A stretch of 64,000 bases of DNA from Candidatus Latescibacterota bacterium (GCA_965208835.1 OZ242358.1:3904001-3968000), one strand, 5' to 3'. Positions 40,806-50,227 are shown, numbered from the stretch's first letter. Made by a program: numbers and translations. The notes: generated from the letters alone by a model not told the origin.

Positions 40806-41072
40806 ATCCGGCTCCCTTCTTCGTACCTCGTTGAATCTGCGCAGCCGATCTCCTGCAAGTGGACATAACGCGGGCTGCGTCCGGCAGCGTCCTGCGCCGC
40901 GAAATGTGATATAGAATATTCTCTGCGTCAATACAAAATCGTGACGGTTTCAGCAGGTGTCTGCCGATGCCGGGCCATTCACTGACCGTGATATCGTCCG
41001 GGAAACCGGCTGAATTTCAATGGCTGGCACCCTGGATCCCGGACCTGATCCCGGACCGGCCGTTATGCGGCA

Positions 41073-41648
41073 TCAGGAGGGCATCAGCCCCCGCTTCTTG
41101 AATTCGCCCTTCAATTGGTAACGTCCGCGGTTGAGCCAGGTCTTTACCGTCCCCATCGGAATCTGAAGCGCCAGGGTGATCTCTTCGTAGGACCAGTCCC
41201 GGACATAACGCATCCAGACGACCTTGCGGTACCTGGCCGGCAATGCGCGAATGCTCTTCCTGACCAGTTCGCGCTGCTGGTTTCGCTCCACCGAGACTTC
41301 CGGATTCTCGTCCACAACGGGCATGCGCGTGGCATCGGCGAGGGCCGCGGGGTCGTCGGTTACCTTTATCCACCTTCGGCGCACCTGCTGTTTGCGAAAG
41401 TGGGATTTGTGCACGTTCAGCGCAATCTGGGTAAGCCAGGTGGCGAATGCGGCCTCGCCTCTGTACGAGCCAAGAGCACCATACGCCTTCAGAAAGGCGG
41501 TTTGAACAAGATCCTGCGCGGTTTCTGGATCGCTCGTCCGTCGCACCATCGTCGCGTAGATTTGTTCATGACAGGCCCGGTAAAGAACACCAAAGGCAGC
41601 CGCGTCGCCATCGATTGCCCTTCGGACCAGATACTGTTCGTTTTCCAT
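41073..41648 (-). CDS. ECF sigma factor (SigW/RpoE-like)
   Basis: GDAAAF, DLVQTAF, FATWL.QIA.N and SYEEI...GTVKT.L.R motifs. Confidence 0.93.
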   Translation of the reverse strand: MENEQYLVRRAIDGDAAAFGVLYRACHEQIYATMVRRTSDPETAQDLVQTAFLKAYGALGSYRGEAAFATWLTQIALNVHKSHFRKQQVRRRWIKVTDDPAALADATRMPVVDENPEVSVERNQQRELVRKSIRALPARYRKVVWMRYVRDWSYEEITLALQIPMGTVKTWLNRGRYQLKGEFKKRGLMPS

Positions 41649-41679
41649 TTATTGGATTTCCTCTTTGAGGTACTGTGAA

Positions 41680-41856
41680 TTACCTGGCGTAACCGGTCAG
41701 CAGCCGGTAACCCACGTAAATCAGGACGAACGACACAAGCAGTTTGAGGAGCAACAACACGATTTCCAGGGACATGCCGATGAGCTTGATCGCTTCGAAG
41801 ATACCTAGGTACGCACCTATGGCGATAAGTATGATGCCGAGAATCTTTGCGAGCAT
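41680..41856 (-). CDS. Small 58-aa hydrophobic two-TM protein, below ORF-track cutoff
   Basis: GAAAGGAA RBS, then MLAKILGIILIAIGAYLGIFEAIKLIGMSLEIVLLLLKLLVSFVLIYVGYRLLTGYAR*. Fills the operon gap. Confidence 0.8.
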   Translation of the reverse strand: MLAKILGIILIAIGAYLGIFEAIKLIGMSLEIVLLLLKLLVSFVLIYVGYRLLTGYAR

Positions 41857-41976
41857 GGGTTTTCCTTTCTCGTTCGAGGTGGTGATGTTGACAAAGAATA
41901 CCTTCTGGACTTTGAAACGAACCAGGAGCCCACTCTATCCCTGGTGTGCGCAGGCGGGATCCGATCTCAACGGCAA

Positions 41977-42354
41977 TCAGCCCGGTGGCCCATTGCCTTC
42001 CGTCCTGCCGAGTTTTTCGTCCATGGAAATCAGTACATCCTGAACGTCCGTCATTCTCCGTTCCAGTTCGTTCAGGCGGGCGTTGACCGATTCTGTCTCT
42101 CGGGCGCCAGTTCCACCGGTCTGGCCGCCGGTACGTCGTCTCAGGAATTTCACAACGCTGCCAATCGCAAGGATTGACACGGCAAGGATCACGGAGATTG
42201 ACAGAATTCCCAACGCAATATCCATGACGAAACCCCTGAAGTCGAAATGGTACGTCGGTGCGAGAGGGTCGCCGAAGAGGAATTTCAGCGTTACCGCACC
42301 TATAAAAAACAGGATAAAGACGACGGCGCCCTTGGTAACGAACTCTCGGTTCAT
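41977..42354 (-). CDS. Two-TM protein with C-terminal coiled-coil motif (paralog 1)
   Basis: AAGGAGG RBS before MNREF; ends ARLNELERRMTDVQDVLISMDEKL. Confidence 0.8.
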   Translation of the reverse strand: MNREFVTKGAVVFILFFIGAVTLKFLFGDPLAPTYHFDFRGFVMDIALGILSISVILAVSILAIGSVVKFLRRRTGGQTGGTGARETESVNARLNELERRMTDVQDVLISMDEKLGRTEGNGPPG

Positions 42355-42385
42355 CAGGCTTCCTCCTTCGGCTTGCAGTCGTTGT

Positions 42386-42961
42386 TCAGACGCTGGTTTT
42401 GTCTCGCCTGAGCCTCTCATCCAGGGTGATGATCACCTCCTGGAGGTCGTTCAGGCGCTGGTCCACGGCGTCCAGCCGGGATTCCATTCGTTTTGCCCGT
42501 TCGGGACTCATCCCCTTGCCTTCCCTCTTCTTTCTCACATGTATATAGCTCACGAAGCCCCCGGCGAAAATAATCAGACAGATGCCGATTCCGATATCCA
42601 TCGCGATGCCCAGCCCCGTTCCGGATTGAGCCAACTCAAGCCGGTCTGCGACGTCCTCGAGTTTACCGGCAGTTGACTCCAGACGTCTCTGATTTTCCAG
42701 GAACAGTCTCACGCCTTCGTCCGTCAGGCCGGCGGTTTTATCGGACAGGGTAAGCGCGGGAACGTCATCGGCATCTGGCAGCAGGTTCCACCGTTCCGAC
42801 GTGAAGGCCCAGATCACGAACCCGACGGCCGCCATCGCCAGGAATATACCCACAGTGGATCCGCTTGGCTTTTTGTTGCCGGGAGTCATTAAATAAACGG
42901 AAAATCCACCCGCGACCATCAGCAGGCAAAGAGCCAACGCCAATTCCAGTATCCAACTCAT
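42386..42961 (-). CDS. Three-TM protein with C-terminal coiled-coil motif (paralog 2)
   Basis: GGAGG upstream of MSWILEL; ends SRLDAVDQRLNDLQEVIITLDERL. Confidence 0.8.
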   Translation of the reverse strand: MSWILELALALCLLMVAGGFSVYLMTPGNKKPSGSTVGIFLAMAAVGFVIWAFTSERWNLLPDADDVPALTLSDKTAGLTDEGVRLFLENQRRLESTAGKLEDVADRLELAQSGTGLGIAMDIGIGICLIIFAGGFVSYIHVRKKREGKGMSPERAKRMESRLDAVDQRLNDLQEVIITLDERLRRDKTSV

Positions 42962-43028
42962 CCTTTTCCCTCCTCTGAAATCCCTGCGTTTCGATAATCC
43001 TGAGTCGGATTTCCGGCTAACTGAATTT

Positions 43029-43403
43029 TCAAGCCACCTTATTGACGTTTCGTGTGGCGGCTTCCGTCGTACTGCTCGCCGCCTCGGCATACTTGAAAAA
43101 GCGCGAGAGCCTCGTCACTTCAAGGGCTTTCCGGATCCGACGGGAAACGCCGCTCAGCCTCAGGTCGCCACCGGCGTTTCGGGTGGATTTCAGGCCCGTT
43201 GCCAGTTCACCGAGCATGGCAGCGCCGACACGATTTACGTGCGAAAAGTCGACCACGACCGTGCGAGCGCCGCTGTCCACCAGGTTCGTTATCTTGCGTC
43301 CCAGGGTCGCCGCGTCCGGGTTGGCGACGGGGTCGCCGCTTACGGAGACGACAACCGTCCCATCCTGAATCCGATCGCTTAGGTGAATGCGTTGTGAATT
43401 CAT
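43029..43403 (-). CDS. STAS-domain (anti-sigma antagonist-like) protein
   Basis: VVVSVSGD, VVVDFSHV, GGDLRL and LEVTRL..FF motifs. Confidence 0.85.
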   Translation of the reverse strand: MNSQRIHLSDRIQDGTVVVSVSGDPVANPDAATLGRKITNLVDSGARTVVVDFSHVNRVGAAMLGELATGLKSTRNAGGDLRLSGVSRRIRKALEVTRLSRFFKYAEAASSTTEAATRNVNKVA

Positions 43404-43489
43404 GATTCAATGCTCCGTATTTTGGTCAGGTTTAAATCTGATGATTCCGGATCCTTCTTCTCGACGTTATCCAATGACTTTGCCAAAAT

Positions 43490-43705
43490 TCACGATGCGC
43501 CTCCCGATACCTGGCGATTCAGCTTTTCATCGATCGCGATCATGATTTCCTGGATATCGGTCAATCTCCTGTCGAGGTCGTCCAGTCTGGCATTCAGACG
43601 CTCCTCGACCTTTCCCGGCAAAACCCCCTTGGACTGCCGATCTACGTATTTGTGTACGGCGGCCGCGAGCACTATCAACGCGATTCCAACACCGACTTCA
43701 AACAT
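43490..43705 (-). CDS. One-TM protein with C-terminal coiled-coil motif (paralog 3, PspB-like architecture)
   Basis: GGAGG RBS; ends ARLDDLDRRLTDIQEIMIAIDEKL. Confidence 0.8.
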   Translation of the reverse strand: MFEVGVGIALIVLAAAVHKYVDRQSKGVLPGKVEERLNARLDDLDRRLTDIQEIMIAIDEKLNRQVSGGAS

Positions 43706-43731
43706 GACATCCCTCCGTCAATTTAGTGATA

Positions 43732-44373
43732 TCAAAGTTCATCCACCGGCTTAGCCCGGTGTTTTTCGGACCCGCGTTCAATTTCGGGAAAGTGATACAC
43801 AACGAGACCGGACTCTGACACACGCACCTCGGCGCTGCCGCCGACGGCCAACGCACCGAGGATCTCTTCCGCTTTACCTACCGTCATCCTCCCGTCAGTA
43901 GCCGCCTCCAGAACGGTGACGCTACCGCCTTTCTCCCGGGCGAGCCTGAGCAATCGATGTTGATACTGCGCGTAGCGCCTATGTTCGGCCGACATGTGGA
44001 CCGAGCGGGCAGCGAGCCATAAAACCAGCGCAAGCGCGATGACGGCGATGCCCACAAAAAAGTCCAGAGGGTCGAGGCTGAAGCCGGACGACTGGAATCC
44101 GGAAAAGACTATGCCCATCAGACCGCCGAAAACGAACAGAATCGCTGTGGCTTTCAGCAGGACCGAGAAAGCGTATCGCATAGAGCAACTCCCGTCAGTG
44201 GCCAGATCGGAGAATCGGAAGGACAGCCGACGCGATCGCGGACATCGAACCGTTCCCGGCATCTGCCGCGCGGGTCGGGTCTTCCGGAAATCACGCCATG
44301 CCTCTGTTGCGTCGCGCATCGTTTTATCGATCTCGTACGCGATTTCGTCCAGGATTTTCTGGAATTCACGCAT
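43732..44373 (-). CDS. Two-TM membrane protein with C-terminal winged-helix-like domain
   Basis: Overlaps the pspA stop by 8 bp. LLRLAREKGGSVTVLEAA...AEEIL..L...VRVSESGLVVYHFPE fits a helix-HTH-wing pattern. Confidence 0.7.
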   Translation of the reverse strand: MREFQKILDEIAYEIDKTMRDATEAWRDFRKTRPARQMPGTVRCPRSRRLSFRFSDLATDGSCSMRYAFSVLLKATAILFVFGGLMGIVFSGFQSSGFSLDPLDFFVGIAVIALALVLWLAARSVHMSAEHRRYAQYQHRLLRLAREKGGSVTVLEAATDGRMTVGKAEEILGALAVGGSAEVRVSESGLVVYHFPEIERGSEKHRAKPVDEL

Positions 44374-45043
44374 CGGATTTGCGGATCTTTTTCTTCAGGG
44401 CCTCGAGTTCCTCTTCCACCGTGTTCCGTCGTTCCAGTTTTTCGAACGTGTCGTCGAGCGAGGGATCTTCGCCTGCGATTTCGGCGTGAGCGGAAGCCTC
44501 GGCTTCTTCGTTCTCAACCCGGCTGCGGAAACGTTCGAAGCTGGAAAAAGCGTCGTCGCCTATGCCCGAGAGCCCTTGGGCGATCTGCTTCCGCGCCTGG
44601 GCGGCGCGTCGCCGCGCGATGAGGGCGCCCTGGCGGGTGCGTGCCTCGTCCAGTTTGGACTTCAGCTGCGACAGTTGCTTCTTGAGTTGATCGGAGGTCT
44701 TGTGGCTCTCTTCGAACGCGACTTCCAAATCGCGGGCGGCTTTTTCAACCGTGGACTTTCGTTCCAGCGCGCGCCGGGCGAGGTCGTCCTCACCGGATTC
44801 CACGGCGAGTTCGGCCTTCTTCTGCCACGCCTCGATCTGGTCCGTCTTATCCAGCAGTTGACGCTCCAGGCGCTTCTCGTTGGCGACGGCGGTCCCGACG
44901 GACGCCGTCGCCTTGTTCACGGCCTCTTCCATTTCGAGGATCATCTGCCGGATCATCTTTTCCGGATCTTCCGCGCGATTCAGAAGGTCGTTTATGTTGG
45001 CCTTGATAATGTCCGCCATTCTGGAGAAAATTCCCTTCGCCAT
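44366..45043 (-). CDS. pspA: PspA/IM30 (Vipp1, ESCRT-III superfamily) protein
   Basis: MAKGIFSRMADIIKANINDLLNRAEDPEKM, W..KA..A...G.DDLAR.AL and VEEELEALK motifs; AAGGAG RBS. Confidence 0.96.
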   Translation of the reverse strand: MAKGIFSRMADIIKANINDLLNRAEDPEKMIRQMILEMEEAVNKATASVGTAVANEKRLERQLLDKTDQIEAWQKKAELAVESGEDDLARRALERKSTVEKAARDLEVAFEESHKTSDQLKKQLSQLKSKLDEARTRQGALIARRRAAQARKQIAQGLSGIGDDAFSSFERFRSRVENEEAEASAHAEIAGEDPSLDDTFEKLERRNTVEEELEALKKKIRKSDA

Positions 45044-45136
45044 GATTATACTCCTTTCTCTTGCGGGTGTCCGTAGCCCGTCACGGTAAAAAATCCCAGA
45101 ATCTGTCACACATCCGCCGATCTACCGTCCACTTAT

Positions 45137-45152
45137 TGCAAGGACCGTGCCC
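45137..45152 (-). promoter_or_regulatory. Sigma-54 (-24/-12) promoter of the pspA operon
   Basis: Minus strand reads GGGCACG-GTCC-TTGCA with exact GG-N10-GC spacing, ~94 bp upstream of the pspA ATG. Confidence 0.85.
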
Positions 45153-45159
45153 ATTTGAC

Positions 45160-45212
45160 AATAAGCCATAGAATTATTTAAATATCTGTTATTTATTGAT
45201 TTATTTCTTAAT
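45160..45212 (-). promoter_or_regulatory. AT-rich tract with IHF-like site upstream of the sigma-54 promoter
   Basis: Minus strand AATCAA-TAAA-TAA at 45189-45201, near match to WATCAA-N4-TTR. Confidence 0.5.
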
Positions 45213-45414
45213 CCCTTGTACGGTTGTCGACGACTGTTGGTGAAATACACCAGATACAAGGCGAAAACGACCGACTTGCATCGGCTCCGGAGGCTCGTTC
45301 ACGTCCATAGCCGACTTGTCTTTTTCGGACAAATGGCGTAAAGTTTGGAGTCCTCTAACCTGAGCGATCGGTGTAGCTGCGGGATTTTTCGAGTTTCCGT
45401 GTAAGTCGGCCAAT

Positions 45415-46536
45415 ATGGACAAGTACAGACAACTGCGCATGCTGAGCGCCGGGCTTTGCCTGGTCATGTTATGTGCAAGCCCTCTTGCCGGGCTTTCGCT
45501 GGTCTACAAGGTTCGTAAGGGCGATTCCCTGTGGTCGATTGCCCGAAAACACCAGACCAGCATCGGGGCGATCAAGCGGATCAACAAGCTGCGGACCAAC
45601 AACGTCTATCCGGGTCAGGTACTCCGTCTGACACCACGGATTGTCAAGTATAACGCAGCGAACGGACCTTATTACTACCGCAAGCCCACTGCCGGCAGGC
45701 AGAGGCATCGGAATTACAGGGAACGTTCGCGTTCGTCCCCGAAGACGGACTATACACGCGCACGAACCCTCCTGCAAGCCTTCGATGCACAAATTTTCGC
45801 CAAAGCCCCGAAAAAGAGATGGCAACCGCTCAAGGGCTGGCGGATTGTGCTTGACCCCGGACATGGGGGTATCGATCCGGGAGCGATCGTTTCGAATACA
45901 ACGGGCAAGGATAGACGGGTATATGTGGTCGAGGATGAATACGTGTACGACATCGCGCTGCGCATGTACAAGAGACTCCGGCTTCTGGGTGCCGAGGTCG
46001 CATTGACGGTGATCAGCCCGAATCACCTGATCCGGGACAACCTGCCGGCCCGCACGACGTTTGTCCACGAACAGAACGAAGTCTACAACGATGAGCGGTA
46101 CAACAGGAGAAATTCGGAAAAGGTGAGACCCAGGAGCGCCAATCTCTCACAGCGAGTCCGGGTGGCGAATCGTTTTTTCAAGAAGGCGCGCAGAGACAGG
46201 TGTCTGTTTGTCTCGCTGCACGCGGATAACACCCCCGGGCGCCCGCAAGGTCCGCTGGTGATCTATCACAAGAGGCGGGGCAGGGTTGACAGGCGTTCCA
46301 GGTCCTTCGCCCGGGTCATGCGTTCGGCCCTGCACCGGCCGAACCTGCCCGCGGGGGACCGGGGGAGGAACCTCGCGGTCCTGCGGAACAACCTGGCTCA
46401 CGCCGAAATTCTCGTTGAAGTTCACAACGTCCACCACAAGCACGAGGCCTGGCTGATTCGACGTCATCCGATACGCGAGCAGAACGCGGACCGAGTCGTT
46501 AAGGGAATCCTGGCTTACGCAAAAAAACGAAGATGA
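45415..46536 (+). CDS. LysM + N-acetylmuramoyl-L-alanine amidase (Amidase_3)
   Basis: Signal peptide, YKVRKGDSLWSIA LysM, LDPGHGG, SLHAD and ILVEV motifs. Confidence 0.88.
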   Translation: MDKYRQLRMLSAGLCLVMLCASPLAGLSLVYKVRKGDSLWSIARKHQTSIGAIKRINKLRTNNVYPGQVLRLTPRIVKYNAANGPYYYRKPTAGRQRHRNYRERSRSSPKTDYTRARTLLQAFDAQIFAKAPKKRWQPLKGWRIVLDPGHGGIDPGAIVSNTTGKDRRVYVVEDEYVYDIALRMYKRLRLLGAEVALTVISPNHLIRDNLPARTTFVHEQNEVYNDERYNRRNSEKVRPRSANLSQRVRVANRFFKKARRDRCLFVSLHADNTPGRPQGPLVIYHKRRGRVDRRSRSFARVMRSALHRPNLPAGDRGRNLAVLRNNLAHAEILVEVHNVHHKHEAWLIRRHPIREQNADRVVKGILAYAKKRR

Positions 46537-46623
46537 ATGTTCGAGAATCGCTCGAATTCCGAACGCCATCGCTGGGATTCATCCGCTCCAACAGGCATCC
46601 TCGTTCTTCCGGAAGCCACGCGC

Positions 46624-49068
46624 CTATCTCTCGAATCCCCTGATCCGGAGTGAATTCGAGATCACCGATACGGAACTCATCGCCATGGCGGCGGCCGCCA
46701 CCATGGGCCCGCCGAGCGGGTTGAGAAGGCCGAGAGCCGCCACCGGAATCAACAGTACATTGTAGGCAAACGCCCAGAACAGGTTCTGGCGAATCGTGCG
46801 CACGGTCCGCCCGGACAGGCGGATCGCCGTCTCTATTCCGGTTAGGCTGCCTGACATGAGGGTGATATCCGCGCTTTCCATGGCGACGGCCGTCCCGGTG
46901 CCGACGGCAATGCCAACGTCGGCGGTCGCCAGGGCGGGCGCGTCGTTGACGCCGTCTCCGACCATTGCCACACAATGCCGCCGGTCCTGCAATTCCGAGA
47001 TGCGGGCGGCTTTCTCGTTGGGCATGACCCCGGCAATGACCCGAGGGATTTCCGCGTGTTCCGCGACGGTTACGGCGGTCCTTGCGTTGTCTCCCGTCAG
47101 GAGGATGACGGTCAGGTCAAGTAACTTGAGATCTGCAACGGCGCGGACGGAATCGGGCTTCAGGACGTCGGCCACGCCGATGAGGCCTTCCACCTGATCG
47201 TCGACGGCGACGAAAAGGACCGTTTTACCGTCCGCTTCCAGTCGAGCCGCCTTCGCATCCAGGTCGTCGGTCAATACGACCTGGCTTCCCACCAACCGCC
47301 GGTTGCCCAGTAGAACGGTGCGACCGGCCTTTTTTGCGCGCACGCCCTGCCCCGGCAGGGCTTCGAATTCGTGAGATTCCTCAACGGACAGTTTCCGTTC
47401 CCGCGCCGCGTTCCGGATGGCTTCTCCTAGGGGGTGTTCGGAGCCCTGTTCAACGGACGCTGCCAACCTGAGCAGATCCGATTCCGAGCCTGTACCTGTT
47501 GTGACGAAGTCGGTAACGGCAGGCCTTCCGGTTGTGAGGGTGCCGGTCTTGTCCAGGACGATCGTGTCCAGGCGGTGGGCGGTTTCGAGTACCGGGCCGC
47601 CCTTGATGAGGACGCCCAGTTCCGCCGCCCGGCCGGTGCCGACCAGTATGGCCGTGGGCGTGGCCAGGCCCAGCGCGCACGGACAGGCGATAATGAGGAC
47701 GGCAACGGCGTTGAGCAACGCGTGTGAGGCGCCGGATCCGGAACCGGCAATCCACCACAGGACGAACGTAAGCAGGGCGACGCCGAAAACGACCGGCACA
47801 AAGATCCCGGCAACCCGGTCCGCGACCCGCTGAACGGGAGCGCGCGAGCCCTGGGCCTGTCGAACCATCCGAACGATCCGGGCGTGTACCGTTTCGGCGC
47901 CGACCTGTGTAGCCCTTACCGTGAAACTCCCGGTCTTGTTGAGCGTTGCACCCAGAACCCGGCTTTGCCTGCCTTTTTCAACGGGCATGCTCTCACCCGT
48001 GATCACAGACTCGTCGACGCTCGATTGCCCCTCCTGCACGACACCGTCTACAGGGATTCTGTCGCCCGGCCGGATGCGAATGAGGTCGCCCACGGCGACA
48101 TCCTCGACAGGAACCAGCGTCTCCTCGCCGTTCCTGATGACACATGCGGTCTCGGGACGGAGATCCATCAGCGCACGGATGGCGTCGGCGGCGCGGCCGC
48201 GGGACCGGATTTCCAGCAACCGGCCCAGGAGGATGAGGGTGATGATCATGGCGGAGGTGTCGAAGTATACGCTGACGGCCCCGCCCGGACCGGCAACGGC
48301 ATGGGGCGCGGCAACGCCGGCGACGCTGTATCCGTATGCCGCCAGCGTTCCGACGGCAATAAGGCTGTTCATGTCGGCCGTCATGTGCCGCAGGCCGCTC
48401 CAGAACCCCTTTAGAAAGCGCCATCCGCACCAGAATTGTACAGGAGTTGCCAGGAGGAAGAGCAGAAGGTGGACCTGCCGGATGGAGTACGGCGCTCCCA
48501 GGAATTCGTTCAGCATGCCCGCGCTCATTATCAGTATTGACAGCGCGGCCGCGAAAATGAATCGTACGCGGACCGAGCGCTGCTCCGCCCGTTCTTCCTC
48601 CCGCTCTCCGTCGTTCGCGGCGGCGTCCTGTTTCACGACTGTTGCGGCGTACCCTGCATCGATTACCGCGCGCGTCAGCGTGGAATCGGGGACCGCGAAA
48701 TGGCGCACCGTGGCGTGACGGGCCGCGAGGTTGACCTCGCTGTCGACGACGCCGGGAACCCCTGTTAACGCGTTCTCAATTGCGGACACGCAGGCGGCAC
48801 AGTGCATGTCGCGGACGGCGAGTCTCGTCTCGTCCGTGCGGATCCCGTAGCCGAGACTCTCGATTTTTCCAACAAGCCGCTTGACAGCGTCCCGATCAGA
48901 CCTGATCAGGACGCTGGCCTCTCCCGTCGCATAGTTGACGACCGCTTCCTTTGTGCCGTGGTCCTGTCGCAATTCTTCCTGGATGCGGGCGGCGCAGGCG
49001 GCGCAGCTCATCCCGGTAACGGGTAAGGTCAGGCTGACATTACCACTCGACTCTGGAATTTCGGACAT
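46624..49068 (-). CDS. copA: Cu(I)-translocating P1B ATPase with two HMA domains
   Basis: MSCAAC and [35 protein letters not shown] and MAMSS motifs. Confidence 0.95.
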   Translation of the reverse strand: MSEIPESSGNVSLTLPVTGMSCAACAARIQEELRQDHGTKEAVVNYATGEASVLIRSDRDAVKRLVGKIESLGYGIRTDETRLAVRDMHCAACVSAIENALTGVPGVVDSEVNLAARHATVRHFAVPDSTLTRAVIDAGYAATVVKQDAAANDGEREEERAEQRSVRVRFIFAAALSILIMSAGMLNEFLGAPYSIRQVHLLLFLLATPVQFWCGWRFLKGFWSGLRHMTADMNSLIAVGTLAAYGYSVAGVAAPHAVAGPGGAVSVYFDTSAMIITLILLGRLLEIRSRGRAADAIRALMDLRPETACVIRNGEETLVPVEDVAVGDLIRIRPGDRIPVDGVVQEGQSSVDESVITGESMPVEKGRQSRVLGATLNKTGSFTVRATQVGAETVHARIVRMVRQAQGSRAPVQRVADRVAGIFVPVVFGVALLTFVLWWIAGSGSGASHALLNAVAVLIIACPCALGLATPTAILVGTGRAAELGVLIKGGPVLETAHRLDTIVLDKTGTLTTGRPAVTDFVTTGTGSESDLLRLAASVEQGSEHPLGEAIRNAARERKLSVEESHEFEALPGQGVRAKKAGRTVLLGNRRLVGSQVVLTDDLDAKAARLEADGKTVLFVAVDDQVEGLIGVADVLKPDSVRAVADLKLLDLTVILLTGDNARTAVTVAEHAEIPRVIAGVMPNEKAARISELQDRRHCVAMVGDGVNDAPALATADVGIAVGTGTAVAMESADITLMSGSLTGIETAIRLSGRTVRTIRQNLFWAFAYNVLLIPVAALGLLNPLGGPMVAAAAMAMSSVSVISNSLRIRGFER

Positions 49069-49148
49069 GCCGTATCGGTCCTGTTCCTTCCACGGTGCCA
49101 CGACTCGATCGAATAGATTCAGCTAAAAATTCAGGGAGCCCCGGAGCC

Positions 49149-50183
49149 CTAAAAATGCTCGAAGCCGCGCGCTTCCAGCTCCGTCCTCACTCCCTGCGCG
49201 TTCTCGAGATATATGCGTCCGTCGCCCGCTTCGATCCGCCCGATGCGCGAAATCCCTGACTTGGCAGCGAGTGCCTCGACGTCGTCTCTCCCCCCGTGCG
49301 CCACCGTACACAACAACTCATAGTCCTCTCCGCCCGATATCTCCAGGTTCCGTGTTCCCGCATCCGAAAGCCCGCGGAATCGCCTGAACGCGGGTGAAAC
49401 GGGAATCGCCGTCCCATCGATCACCGCGGACACCCCGCTTTGCCTGCAGATATGCCGCAGATCCGAAGCCACCCCGTCCGAGAGATCCAGCATGGCCGTC
49501 ACAACGCCCGACGCCGCCAGCGCCTGCCCCAACGCCACCCTGGGCTCCGGACGTTGGTGCCTGCATAGAAGGAACTCGCGGTCCTCCTCAGACAGTCCTA
49601 CTTCGTCACCCTGCGCCAGTTTCAAGCCCGCCGCGGAGTCCCCGAGCGTGCCCGACACGTAGATCAGATCGCCGGGGCTGGCGCCCGAGCGGTAGCACAC
49701 CCGGTCCTGATCCATCTCGCCGGTGAGCGTCAGATTCATGACCAGCGGCCCTGTACTCCGCGTTGTGTCGCCGCCAACGACGTTGACGCCAAAACGGGAG
49801 GCCAGTTCGCGCAATCCACGATATACGCGTTCCATATAGCCCACGTCCAAGTCCCGGTGAATCGCCAACGAAATCAGCGCCTCGCGAGGCTCCCCGCCCA
49901 TCGCCGCGACATCCGAAAGGTTCACTGCAAGCAGCTTATGGCCCAACCAGCGGGGATTGGAAACCTCAAGCACGAAATGCACGCCTTCAACCATCAGGTC
50001 GGACGTGATAAGCCGCACCCGGTCGTTTTCGCACGCCAATACGGCGCAGTCATCCCCGATTCCACAACGTACCCGGGCCGTCCGGGGCATCTCCGCTGCC
50101 CCGATCCGTTCGATAAAACCGAACTCTCCTATCTCCCCAAATGTCGCCACGGGGCTCTCCACCGGAAAAGGCGGTCCACTCAA
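49149..50183 (-). CDS. thiL: Thiamine-monophosphate kinase
   Basis: GEFGFI, GIGDDCA, NLSDVAAMGG, GGDTT, DLSDG and GGEDYEL motifs. Confidence 0.95.
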   Translation of the reverse strand: MSGPPFPVESPVATFGEIGEFGFIERIGAAEMPRTARVRCGIGDDCAVLACENDRVRLITSDLMVEGVHFVLEVSNPRWLGHKLLAVNLSDVAAMGGEPREALISLAIHRDLDVGYMERVYRGLRELASRFGVNVVGGDTTRSTGPLVMNLTLTGEMDQDRVCYRSGASPGDLIYVSGTLGDSAAGLKLAQGDEVGLSEEDREFLLCRHQRPEPRVALGQALAASGVVTAMLDLSDGVASDLRHICRQSGVSAVIDGTAIPVSPAFRRFRGLSDAGTRNLEISGGEDYELLCTVAHGGRDDVEALAAKSGISRIGRIEAGDGRIYLENAQGVRTELEARGFEHF

Positions 50184-50227
50184 GTCGGTAATAGGGACGC
50201 GTATGTCTGTCTACACGGTGACAGACC

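Noticed and set aside
40124-40953. TGAAACCG motifs upstream of nfeD and flotillin as SigW-type -35 boxes
   Set aside because: No CGT(A/C) -10 at the expected spacing; insufficient to call a promoter.
50184-50227. TPP riboswitch near thiL or thiI
   Set aside because: No room or conserved aptamer core seen upstream of either gene.
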